Made by a program: the position numbers and the translations under genes. From Candidatus Eiseniibacteriota bacterium (GTDB lineage: Bacteria > Eisenbacteria > RBG-16-71-46 > JABDJR01 > JAWXBZ01): a DNA stretch of 54,765 bases. This document shows positions 1 to 7,359 of the stretch, piece by piece. The notes beneath the pieces are model-generated. The model did no database searches, was not told where the DNA came from, and saw only the letters and a program-made list of their open reading frames with translations. The stretch covers positions 1-54,765 of the forward strand of contig JAWXBZ010000112.1 of assembly GCA_034440375.1 (NCBI GenBank), read 5' to 3'. Position 1 is the first letter of the stretch. Each line of letters opens with the position of its first letter.

Positions 1-336
1 CGCCGCATGCGGCGCGATCTTCGGCGCCTCCAGCACCAGCGTGGCATCGACATTCACCACGACCGCCTTCCGGCTCCTGGCCCAGGTCATCACATGCGCC
101 AGCAACTTGAGACTGGCCGCATCCTTCCAGGTCGGATCACCGGGCGGAAAATGCTGTCCTATGTCGCCATCGCCCAGCGCCCCGAGTATCGCATCCGCGA
201 TGGCATGCGTCAGGACGTCGGCGTCCGAATGGCCATCCAGGCCCATGTCGAACGGGATGGCGACGCCCCCCAGCATCAACGGCCGGCCAGCCTTGAATCG
301 GTGGGCATCGTAACCGAAGCCGATGCGGTGGGTCAT
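1..336 (-). CDS. ispF: 2-C-methyl-D-erythritol 2,4-cyclodiphosphate synthase (3' end runs off the window)
   Basis: Manual reverse-strand translation from ATG 336 gives MTHRIGFGYDAHRF...LMLGGV...GHSDADVLTHAIADAILGA...GDIGQHFP, the IspF signature motifs. Not in the ORF track. Confidence 0.95.
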   Translation of the reverse strand, partial: MTHRIGFGYDAHRFKAGRPLMLGGVAIPFDMGLDGHSDADVLTHAIADAILGALGDGDIGQHFPPGDPTWKDAASLKLLAHVMTWARSRKAVVVNVDATLVLEAPKIAPHAA

Positions 337-343
337 GGGGGGA

Positions 344-1021
344 TCACTTTCCTGGTTTCTGATTCGCAAACTCGTTCAGCCGGATGATGAAGGAGTTGGC
401 GGAGATGTCGCTGCCAATTGGGGTGATAACAAAATTGGTGTTGGGCAGGTCATCACGGTGAACGCGCAGCTCGTAGACGCGGGCCTTTCCCATTATCCGG
501 CCCGGGACGGGGCATGAGGTGTGTGAATTTTGAAACGGTGACTGTGACTCCACGAGGACTGGGCGCGGGAATGGAATTGCCCCATCATGGCGTGGTCGCG
601 CTCGTGGCCTTGAAAGCTGTGCTTCGGCAATCCGCCGTTCCGATGTCAAGGACTCCGTCGGAACAACCCTCCGCACCACGACACTCCTCGATCCTTCCAG
701 TGTGCTGGGCTTGACGTGGGCCTCAGCTGGATCGTCCCAGACACTGAAGTGGGCCCGGGGAGGTTGATTGCCATGGCTTGTCATGGCGATATCAAATCGA
801 ATGAATCCCCCCGCCTCCTCCGTCACGCTCACCTGAAAGTCCGCCGATCCGTGGGAGACGTACTGCGGAGTGACTTCAATGATCATACTCAGGGCATTAG
901 CCGGACCTGCGCAGGGACAGACAGTCAAGTATCCAATCAGTACGAACCCAAACTGAGACCAACGGCCGGTCAGCCGGTAATCAACCGCGGCGGGACTTGC
1001 GCGCCGATTTCCGGACAGCAT
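344..1021 (-). CDS. hypothetical, possibly secreted protein (true start uncertain, probably further 3')
   Basis: ORF fills the gap between DUF2442 and ispF. Hydrophobic stretch ends ...AGPANA. No recognisable family. Confidence 0.45.
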   Translation of the reverse strand: MLSGNRRASPAAVDYRLTGRWSQFGFVLIGYLTVCPCAGPANALSMIIEVTPQYVSHGSADFQVSVTEEAGGFIRFDIAMTSHGNQPPRAHFSVWDDPAEAHVKPSTLEGSRSVVVRRVVPTESLTSERRIAEAQLSRPRARPRHDGAIPFPRPVLVESQSPFQNSHTSCPVPGRIMGKARVYELRVHRDDLPNTNFVITPIGSDISANSFIIRLNEFANQKPGK

Positions 1022-1304
1022 CTCTCACCTCAGGTTGCTTGCGGATGGCCGGGCTGGGCGCCGGGGTGCCATGAAGCATGCCGTCCACGCTGATGTCCTC
1101 GTCCACGTCGGGCCAGTTGATACCCTGACCGGTACCGACGATACGAAAGTTCGCCCGTTGGACCTGGGTGGCTTCGGACAGTCGCCATGACCAGGCCAGG
1201 GGAACACTGATCACCCGCCCGTCAAACAGATGAGCCGTGATCAAATCGCGGGTGACGCGCACCTCATGGATGCAACGCTCAATGGTTCGAGCCAGAATTT
1301 GCAT
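981..1304 (-). CDS. DUF2442 family protein (N-terminus probably non-native)
   Basis: DGRVISVPLAWSWRLSEAT..QRANF...GQGINWPDVDEDISVDGML is typical of DUF2442. Confidence 0.8.
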   Translation of the reverse strand: MQILARTIERCIHEVRVTRDLITAHLFDGRVISVPLAWSWRLSEATQVQRANFRIVGTGQGINWPDVDEDISVDGMLHGTPAPSPAIRKQPEVRDAVRKSARKSRRG

Positions 1305-1405
1305 ACCTTTCCCTCTCGCTCCACGTGGACATGGGGAGGCTCGGCTCAGTCAAAACTGGTGAAGTGCACCCGGTAGGGTCCTGGAATCCCCCTGACGCTC
1401 GGCAT
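1241..1405 (-). pseudogene. DUF4160 family remnant with in-frame TGA and lost C-terminus
   Basis: Translation from ATG 1405: MPSVRGIPGPYRVHFTSFD*AEPPHVHVEREGKVCKFWLEPL. The EPPHVHV and KFWL motifs are present, with a TGA at 1346-1348. Confidence 0.8.
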
Positions 1406-1476
1406 TCAGTTCCGCTGCCCCCGAATCGTACCACCGGGGATTGATTCGGCGGCATCAGGACGACGGGCAGCCGACC

Positions 1477-2208
1477 TCATCGCTTCTGCCCCTGCCGCGT
1501 CGCCAACAGCGCCTCCGCCAGCTCGAAGTCCGAGTCCAGCGTCAGCTTGATGTTGTCCGGTTCGCCGTTGACGAAGGCCACCGGGTGGCCGGCGCGCTGG
1601 ACGAGGCTGGCGTCGTCGGTGGCGTCGGTCTTCTCGGCGGTGGCCCTGGCATGCGCCTCGATGAGCCAGTCGCGGCGGAAGACCTGCGGCGTTTGAACGG
1701 CCCGCAGGCGCGACCGCTTCAACTCGCCGAGCAACAGGCCGGTCGTTTCGTCGACCTGGGCGATGGTATCACTCGGCGGGACGGCCGGAACGGCGGCGCC
1801 GACCGTGGCGGCGGTTTCGAGAAGCCGGACCAGCATCTCGTGACGATGCAGCGGTCGCGCGGCGTCGTGGATCGCCACGAGATCGATGGCATCGCGCAGG
1901 GCCGCCAGGCCATTGGCTACCGAGTCCTGTCGGCGGGGGCCACCGGCCACGACATGGATCCGGCGATCCGCGGGTGGGCCATCCGGAAAAGCTGCCTCCT
2001 CGAACTCGGTTTCGCGACCCGCCGGTACCACGAGGACGATGGTCGTGACACGGGGCTCGAGCAGGAACGGCTCCAGCGAATAGTGGAGAACGGTGCGACC
2101 GGCCAGCTTCTGAAGCACTTTGTCGGTGCGGCCGCCGGCCCGTTCGCCGCGACCCGCGGCCACGATGATGGCCGCCACCTGCATCGTCAACGAGTCGTCG
2201 ACCGGCAT
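1477..2208 (-). CDS. ispD: 2-C-methyl-D-erythritol 4-phosphate cytidylyltransferase
   Basis: AAGRGER, GGPRRQDSV, IHDAARP, VQTPQVF, TDDASL and NIKLT motifs. Start at ATG 2208 or 2184. Confidence 0.95.
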   Translation of the reverse strand: MPVDDSLTMQVAAIIVAAGRGERAGGRTDKVLQKLAGRTVLHYSLEPFLLEPRVTTIVLVVPAGRETEFEEAAFPDGPPADRRIHVVAGGPRRQDSVANGLAALRDAIDLVAIHDAARPLHRHEMLVRLLETAATVGAAVPAVPPSDTIAQVDETTGLLLGELKRSRLRAVQTPQVFRRDWLIEAHARATAEKTDATDDASLVQRAGHPVAFVNGEPDNIKLTLDSDFELAEALLATRQGQKR

Positions 2209-2210
2209 CT

Positions 2211-3701
2211 CTACGACTCGTTCCGGAACGGGTTGCGGCGGGGGTCTGCGTTGGCGCCGCCGCGCCGGGGCCCGCCGGTCGGCCCGAACACGGCATCCAG
2301 CGCCTGCCCGAGCGTCTTGACCGCGATCAACTCGAGGCCGCCGGCGGCGGCCATCCGACATTCGGCTTCGTTGGCGGTCGGCAGCACGCCGCACTGGAAG
2401 CCGAGCCGCTCTGCCTCGCGCAGGCGGAGGTCGGCCCGCTTCACGCGGCGGATTTCACCGCCCAGGCCAATCTCGCCGATGTAGACGGTGCGGTGGTCAA
2501 GCGGCAGACCGCGGTGAGCGCCCGCCACGGCCACGGCCATACCGAGATCAACCGCCGGATCGTCGAGCGAGAAACCACCGGCCACGCTGACAAAGACATC
2601 CCGATCGGTGAGATCGATGCCACAGCGCTGGCCGAGTACGGCCAGGAGCAGCGAGAGACGCCGCGCCTCGAAACCGGTGACCACCCGCTGCGGGTAGCTG
2701 AAGGCCTTGGGCGCCACCAGCGCCTGCACTTCGACCAGCAGCGGCCGCGTTCCCTCGAGGCTGGCCACGACGGCCACGCCGCTGGCCGGTTCGCCCCGGT
2801 CGCCAAGCAGCGCCTCGGAGGGATTCGATACCTCGGCCATGCCGTCGTCCTTCATTTCGAAGACGCCGACCTCGTGCGTGGCCCCGTAACGATTCTTGGC
2901 CGCGCGCAGGATGCGGTAATGATGGAAGCGATCCCCCTCGAGGTGCAGCACGGCGTCGACCATGTGCTCGAGCGTCTTCGGTCCGGCCACCAGGCCATCC
3001 TTGGTGACATGGCCGACCAGGATCAGCGCCGTACCGCTGGTCTTGGCCTGGCCGATCAGGGAGAGCGCACACTCGCGAACCTGGGCCACGCTGCCGGGAA
3101 TCGAGCCGAGTTCGGCGTGCCGCATCGTCTGGATCGAATCGATGATGGCCACCGTCGGCGCCCGCTCGACAAGCAGATCGAGCACGGCGCCGAGATCGGT
3201 TTCCGCCACGACAAAAAGTCCATCCGGGATGGATCCGAGTCGCCGAGCGCGCAGGTGAATCTGGCCGGCCGATTCCTCGCCGGAAACATAGAGGACGCTG
3301 ACCCCGGACTGCACCAGCTCGCGCGTCACCTGCAGGAGCAGCGTCGACTTCCCGATTCCGGGATCGCCGCCGAGAAGGACAGCCTCACCGGGCACGAACC
3401 CGCCGCCCAGGACGCGATCGAACTCGCCGATGCCGCTCTCGATCCGCACCAGCGGCGTCGCGGACATGCGGGAGAGATCCGAAGGTGTCGGCGCCGCACC
3501 GCCGGCCGTGGGGCGCATTGGGCCCAGTTCGCCGCCAACACTGGTGATGCCCCCGCCGCTCCGCCCCGGCTTCTTCACCACCTTCCGGCGAATCTCCTCC
3601 GTCAGGCTGTTCCAGGCCTCGCAGGAAGGACATTTGCCGAACCATTGTGGATGTTCGGCGCCGCACGACTGGCAGACGTAGATGGACCGGGTGATGGACA
3701 C
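2211..3701 (-). CDS. radA: DNA repair protein RadA/Sms
   Basis: C4 zinc finger CQSCG..CPSC, Walker A GDPGIGKST, KNRYG motif, Lon-like C-terminus. GTG start at 3701. Confidence 0.96.
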   Translation of the reverse strand: MSITRSIYVCQSCGAEHPQWFGKCPSCEAWNSLTEEIRRKVVKKPGRSGGGITSVGGELGPMRPTAGGAAPTPSDLSRMSATPLVRIESGIGEFDRVLGGGFVPGEAVLLGGDPGIGKSTLLLQVTRELVQSGVSVLYVSGEESAGQIHLRARRLGSIPDGLFVVAETDLGAVLDLLVERAPTVAIIDSIQTMRHAELGSIPGSVAQVRECALSLIGQAKTSGTALILVGHVTKDGLVAGPKTLEHMVDAVLHLEGDRFHHYRILRAAKNRYGATHEVGVFEMKDDGMAEVSNPSEALLGDRGEPASGVAVVASLEGTRPLLVEVQALVAPKAFSYPQRVVTGFEARRLSLLLAVLGQRCGIDLTDRDVFVSVAGGFSLDDPAVDLGMAVAVAGAHRGLPLDHRTVYIGEIGLGGEIRRVKRADLRLREAERLGFQCGVLPTANEAECRMAAAGGLELIAVKTLGQALDAVFGPTGGPRRGGANADPRRNPFRNES

Positions 3702-3973
3702 TAAGCGACTTTCAGGGGGGCGAGATCGGATTCTGTGATCGGCTCCGCACCGACTTGCTGAAGTATCCGGTTGATTGACTCGAGGGTGACGTGATCGGGA
3801 TCGAGCATCTCGATGCCGATCGCCCGGCCGTCGGCCGCGAAGTCGACGACGTATCCCAGGGCGACTTGTCTGGATCGGACGCTTTTCTCGCCTGGCTTCC
3901 GCGGCAGATACAGATAGGCCGCGATCCGGCACCCTTCATGATAGCTGACCTTCAGCCGCGGCTTTTCAAGCAT
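3701..3973 (-). CDS. DUF2283-like protein (putative antitoxin), copy 1
   Basis: AAYLYL...KSVRS...VVDFAADGRAIGIEMLD. Confidence 0.75.
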   Translation of the reverse strand: MLEKPRLKVSYHEGCRIAAYLYLPRKPGEKSVRSRQVALGYVVDFAADGRAIGIEMLDPDHVTLESINRILQQVGAEPITESDLAPLKVA

Positions 3974-4238
3974 GACTTGAGTACTCCACGAAAATCGTGA
4001 TGATCGTCAGTCGTTGCTCGATCAGATCGGGCGCGACGACGATTACCCATGTGTGCCCCCGGCGTGATACGCACACCTGCCACCGGCCGGGTCTAACATC
4101 AGGCCGGACCCGATGCGCATTCCAGAGCATTTCGCGCAGATTGATCTCGGAGAGATCTCGATCGCCGAGCCTGACCCAGACATGTTCGGTAAGCGTGATC
4201 TCCCAATCCCACCACGCAGGTCGCTTTCGCGGCGTCAG
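3966..4238 (-). CDS. DUF4258-like protein (putative toxin), CTG start; not in ORF track
   Basis: LTPRKRPAWWDWEITLTEHVWVRLGDRDLSEINLREML...GRWQV...WVIVVAPD...LTIITIF. GGAGGAG precedes the CTG, and the stop overlaps the DUF2283 start. Confidence 0.7.
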   Translation of the reverse strand: MTPRKRPAWWDWEITLTEHVWVRLGDRDLSEINLREMLWNAHRVRPDVRPGRWQVCVSRRGHTWVIVVAPDLIEQRLTIITIFVEYSSHA

Positions 4239-4331
4239 CGTCGCTCCTCCGGGACGGGAGGAATATTGGCGTTCAGTCTATCAACATGTGCGTCCGAGTG
4301 GTCAAGCGGTAAGGTCGGGCATTCAACACTC

Positions 4332-4607
4332 CTAGGCGACTTTCAGGGGGGAGAGATCGGACTCGGTAATCGGCTCCGCGCCGACTTGCTGAAGAATACG
4401 GTTGATTGACTCGAGGGTGACGTGATCGGGATCGAGCATCTCGACGCCGATCGCCCGGCCGTCGGCCGCGAAGTCGACGACGTAGTGAGTGGAAATCTCC
4501 TTGGACCTGGCACTCTTCTCTCCGGACACTCTCGGCAGATTGAGGTACGCGGCCATCATTCGCCCGTCATCGTAATAACTGACTTTCAGCGCTGGTCGAT
4601 TATCCAT
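4332..4607 (-). CDS. DUF2283-like protein (putative antitoxin), copy 2
   Basis: Paralog of 3701-3973 with a near-identical C-terminal half. Confidence 0.75.
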   Translation of the reverse strand: MDNRPALKVSYYDDGRMMAAYLNLPRVSGEKSARSKEISTHYVVDFAADGRAIGVEMLDPDHVTLESINRILQQVGAEPITESDLSPLKVA

Positions 4608-4611
4608 TTGC

Positions 4612-4725
4612 CTAACCCTCGTAAGCCGTGATGACTCTCAGTCTCATTTCCAGGTTGTCCGGCTCAACGACAACGATCCAACGACTCCCCCGACGTAGGA
4701 ATACCGGGAACAAGTCTAGCAACAT
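4612..4725 (-). pseudogene. C-terminal fragment of a DUF4258-like toxin
   Basis: ...RRGSRWIVVVEPDNLEMRLRVITAYEG* matches the C-terminus of the 3966-4238 product. The N-terminal half is absent. Confidence 0.65.
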
Positions 4726-4816
4726 TCGACTTCGACTCGTCAAGTCGGGGAAAGCCATGTCAGGCACGGGCTGTGTGAATCCTTGAACACACTCCAGCGC
4801 GGTGTGTGCGACCGTC

Positions 4817-5722
4817 TCAAAACACCGAAAATTTCAGATACCGCCGAGGATCCCGCTGGAAGTCGATGAGCAGCGAGTCCGTTCGCCCGGCGGCGGTCAG
4901 AAGCCGGTTGTAGAGAGTCCGGTCGGTCAGCATCGCACCAAGACTCGAGCTGTCGGAGTTGATGCGGGCGACGAGGGCCCGCAATTCGACTGACATGGCC
5001 GCCAGCTCGCGCGCCGTCGTATCGGCCTGGATCGTGGTCCGCTCGAGATTGTCGAAGGTGCGCCGCAAGGTCGGTCCCTTCTCGGTGAGGAGCGATTTCA
5101 ACTCTCCCGAGGCGGCCTCGAAGTTGGCCACGCTCGCCGCCAGTTTCGTGCGATTGTCATTGGTCAGGGCCGAGACATTGCCGGTGATCACTTCCAGATT
5201 GCCGATGGTGTGGCTGATCGACTGGGCTCCTCCGGTCGAATCGATGACCGCCAGAAACCGGTTCAGCCGATCGACCAGAAGATTGGTGGCTGCCAGGCTC
5301 TGCCCGACCTCGGTCATCATGTCACCGACGCCCGGCTGAAACTCGCCCATCATTGGTTTCGAGATATCAAGCGGCCCCGAAACGGGATTGCCCGGATCGA
5401 TGGCCACGAACTTCTGCCCCATCATCCCGTAATTGGCGATGGCGATGTGGGCGTCGGCGTACAACTCGGCGGTCTTGTTCATGTCGAGTTCCAGCCTCGC
5501 CCGTCCTTTTTCATAGACGAGCGCATCCACCTTTCCCTGCACGACACCGGCCACCTCGACCGGATCGCCGGTGTCGAGACCGGACGACTGCGGAAAATAG
5601 GCCACCAGCTTCCAGGTCTCGCGGCTGCTGGTGAACCCCTTGAACCAGAGGACGCCAAAGATCAGCAGCCCCAGGGACAGGAGTACCGTGATACCAATCG
5701 ACAGGTCACCGTATCGCTTCAT
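4817..5722 (-). CDS. mlaD: MlaD/MCE family lipid transport protein
   Basis: N-terminal TM, GLDTGDPVEVAGVVQGKV MCE motif, helical C-terminus, adjacent to mlaEF. Confidence 0.88.
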   Translation of the reverse strand: MKRYGDLSIGITVLLSLGLLIFGVLWFKGFTSSRETWKLVAYFPQSSGLDTGDPVEVAGVVQGKVDALVYEKGRARLELDMNKTAELYADAHIAIANYGMMGQKFVAIDPGNPVSGPLDISKPMMGEFQPGVGDMMTEVGQSLAATNLLVDRLNRFLAVIDSTGGAQSISHTIGNLEVITGNVSALTNDNRTKLAASVANFEAASGELKSLLTEKGPTLRRTFDNLERTTIQADTTARELAAMSVELRALVARINSDSSSLGAMLTDRTLYNRLLTAAGRTDSLLIDFQRDPRRYLKFSVF

Positions 5723-5785
5723 TCCATCTCCTCGATGGTCCCGCCAGGGCGCTCCGGCCGGGTCATCGTCTTTTCGGGGTGGCGG

Positions 5786-6562
5786 TTATCGATTTTTCCT
5801 GGTGGTGATCATCGGCGCGTCGTCGGTCAATGGACCATGCGATGAACCGGTGATGAACTGTTGAACCCTTGGATCGGGGCTGGCCTCTATCTCCGGAAAG
5901 CTGCCGTCGAAGATGAGTTGCCCGTCGTGGAGCATGCAGATCCGGTCCGATACATAGGCCGCGCTTTTCATGTCGTGCGTGACAACAATCGAGGTTATCC
6001 CCAGCTTCTGCTGGAGACTCTTGATCAGGACGTTGATCGTATCGCTCGTTATCGGATCAAGTCCGGTCGTCGGCTCATCGTACAGCACGCAGCGTGGCTC
6101 CATGGCGATGGCCCGCGCCAGCCCAACCCGTTTCCTCATGCCGCCGGACAGGCTGGAGGGCTTCAGATCCTCGAGGCCGGGGAGCCCGACCATGGCCAGT
6201 TTTTCTGCCACGCGGGTGGCGATCTCCGCCCTTTTGAGCTTCGTGTGCTCCTTGAGCGCCAGCCCGACATTTTCGCCGACCGTCATGGAGTCGAACAGCG
6301 CCGCCATCTGGAAGAGCATGCCGAAGCGGCGCCGTACCTCGTTCAGTTCATCGTACGGGAGCTTTGCCAGGTCCTGGTCGTCGACCAGAACGCGGCCACG
6401 ATCCGGCGGGATCAGACCGATGAGGTGCTTCAGGAGTACGCTTTTCCCGCTCCCGGAGCGGCCGATGATCGTGATGGCCTGTCCGTCGGGAATTGCGAGG
6501 TCGACCCCGCGCAGAACTTCCTTGGCTCCGAACCGCTTCCAGAGCCCTTCGCAGTGGATCAC
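5786..6562 (-). CDS. mlaF: Mla-type ABC transporter ATP-binding protein
   Basis: GRSGSGKS, LSGGMRKRV, YDEPTTGLDP, VTHD. Confidence 0.9.
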   Translation of the reverse strand: MIHCEGLWKRFGAKEVLRGVDLAIPDGQAITIIGRSGSGKSVLLKHLIGLIPPDRGRVLVDDQDLAKLPYDELNEVRRRFGMLFQMAALFDSMTVGENVGLALKEHTKLKRAEIATRVAEKLAMVGLPGLEDLKPSSLSGGMRKRVGLARAIAMEPRCVLYDEPTTGLDPITSDTINVLIKSLQQKLGITSIVVTHDMKSAAYVSDRICMLHDGQLIFDGSFPEIEASPDPRVQQFITGSSHGPLTDDAPMITTRKNR

Positions 6563-7359
6563 TTGAAGATCACCTGGAAAATGACCTCGGCCAGGAAATA
6601 ATCGGAAACCAGGATCATGACGCAGGAGGCCACGACGGCCCGGGTCGTGGCGACGCCCACCCCCTCGGCTCCCCCCTCCGTCTGAAATCCGTAGTAGCAG
6701 CCCATGATGGCGATGATCGTGCCGAAAACAAACGATTTGATGAGGCCGCCGTAGATGTCCTCGACTTCGAAGAAGAGTCTCATTCCCTTGAAGTACAGGT
6801 GCGGCGTCATGCCGATGCGAAAGACGGCCACCAAGAGGCCCCCGAGGATGGCCAGCGCGTCGGCAAAAACCGTGATCACCGGCACCATGAGTGTGGCGGC
6901 CAGCACCCGGGGCACGGCCAGGTAGCGTATCGGCGAGAGCGCCAGCGTTTCCAGCGCGTCGATCTGCTCGGTCACCTTCATGGTACCGAGCTCGGCGGCG
7001 ATCGACGAACCAACCCGGCCACCGACCACGAGCGCCGTCAGCACCGGCCCGACTTCAATGATGACCGACTTGGCCACGACCGAACCCAACCACAAGAGCG
7101 GCACATTGTTCTTGAACTGGTAGGCCGCCTGCAGCGCGGCCACGGCGCCCACGAAGAGCGACGTCAGTGCGACCAGCGGAATGCTGCCGATGCCGATGGC
7201 CCGGCACTGATCCATGAACAGGTGCCAGTAGCGGAGGCCGGGGATTGTCTGCGCCAGGAGCAGGCCAAGGAATCGCGAGAAACGCCCCACGCCGGCAATG
7301 GCATCAAGAATGGTGTTGGCCAGGCCGACGAACGGCGCGGCGAGCTCCCGGGTACTCAT
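6559..7359 (-). CDS. mlaE: Mla-type ABC transporter permease
   Basis: EVGPVLTAL, GRVGSSIAAELGTMKVTEQIDAL, GGAEGVG. Confidence 0.92.
   Translation of the reverse strand: MSTRELAAPFVGLANTILDAIAGVGRFSRFLGLLLAQTIPGLRYWHLFMDQCRAIGIGSIPLVALTSLFVGAVAALQAAYQFKNNVPLLWLGSVVAKSVIIEVGPVLTALVVGGRVGSSIAAELGTMKVTEQIDALETLALSPIRYLAVPRVLAATLMVPVITVFADALAILGGLLVAVFRIGMTPHLYFKGMRLFFEVEDIYGGLIKSFVFGTIIAIMGCYYGFQTEGGAEGVGVATTRAVVASCVMILVSDYFLAEVIFQVIFK

Larger units (their letters stand above)
3701..4484. repeat. imperfect ~150-bp direct repeat (about 3701-3853 and 4332-4484) covering the 3' halves of the two DUF2283 genes
   Basis: Shared blocks such as gattgactcgagggtgacgtgatcgggatcgagcatctcga and ccgatcgcccggccgtcggccgcgaagtcgacgacgta. 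Confidence 0.9.

Noticed and set aside
7-387. 126-aa plus-strand ORF
   Set aside because: Antisense to ispF, which has clear signature motifs.
1346-1348. TGA at a Cys-like position as possible selenocysteine
   Set aside because: The gene is also truncated downstream and no convincing SECIS is seen, so decay is more parsimonious.
2211-3932. Long N-terminal extensions of radA in the ORF track (similarly ispD, yicC, the Mo subunit and kinase 28557)
   Set aside because: The extensions overlap upstream genes and precede the family N-terminal motifs, so they are start-calling artefacts.
3701-4484. Direct repeats as IS ends or CRISPR
   Set aside because: The repeats are coding halves of paralogous genes. 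There is no transposase, spacer array or cas gene.
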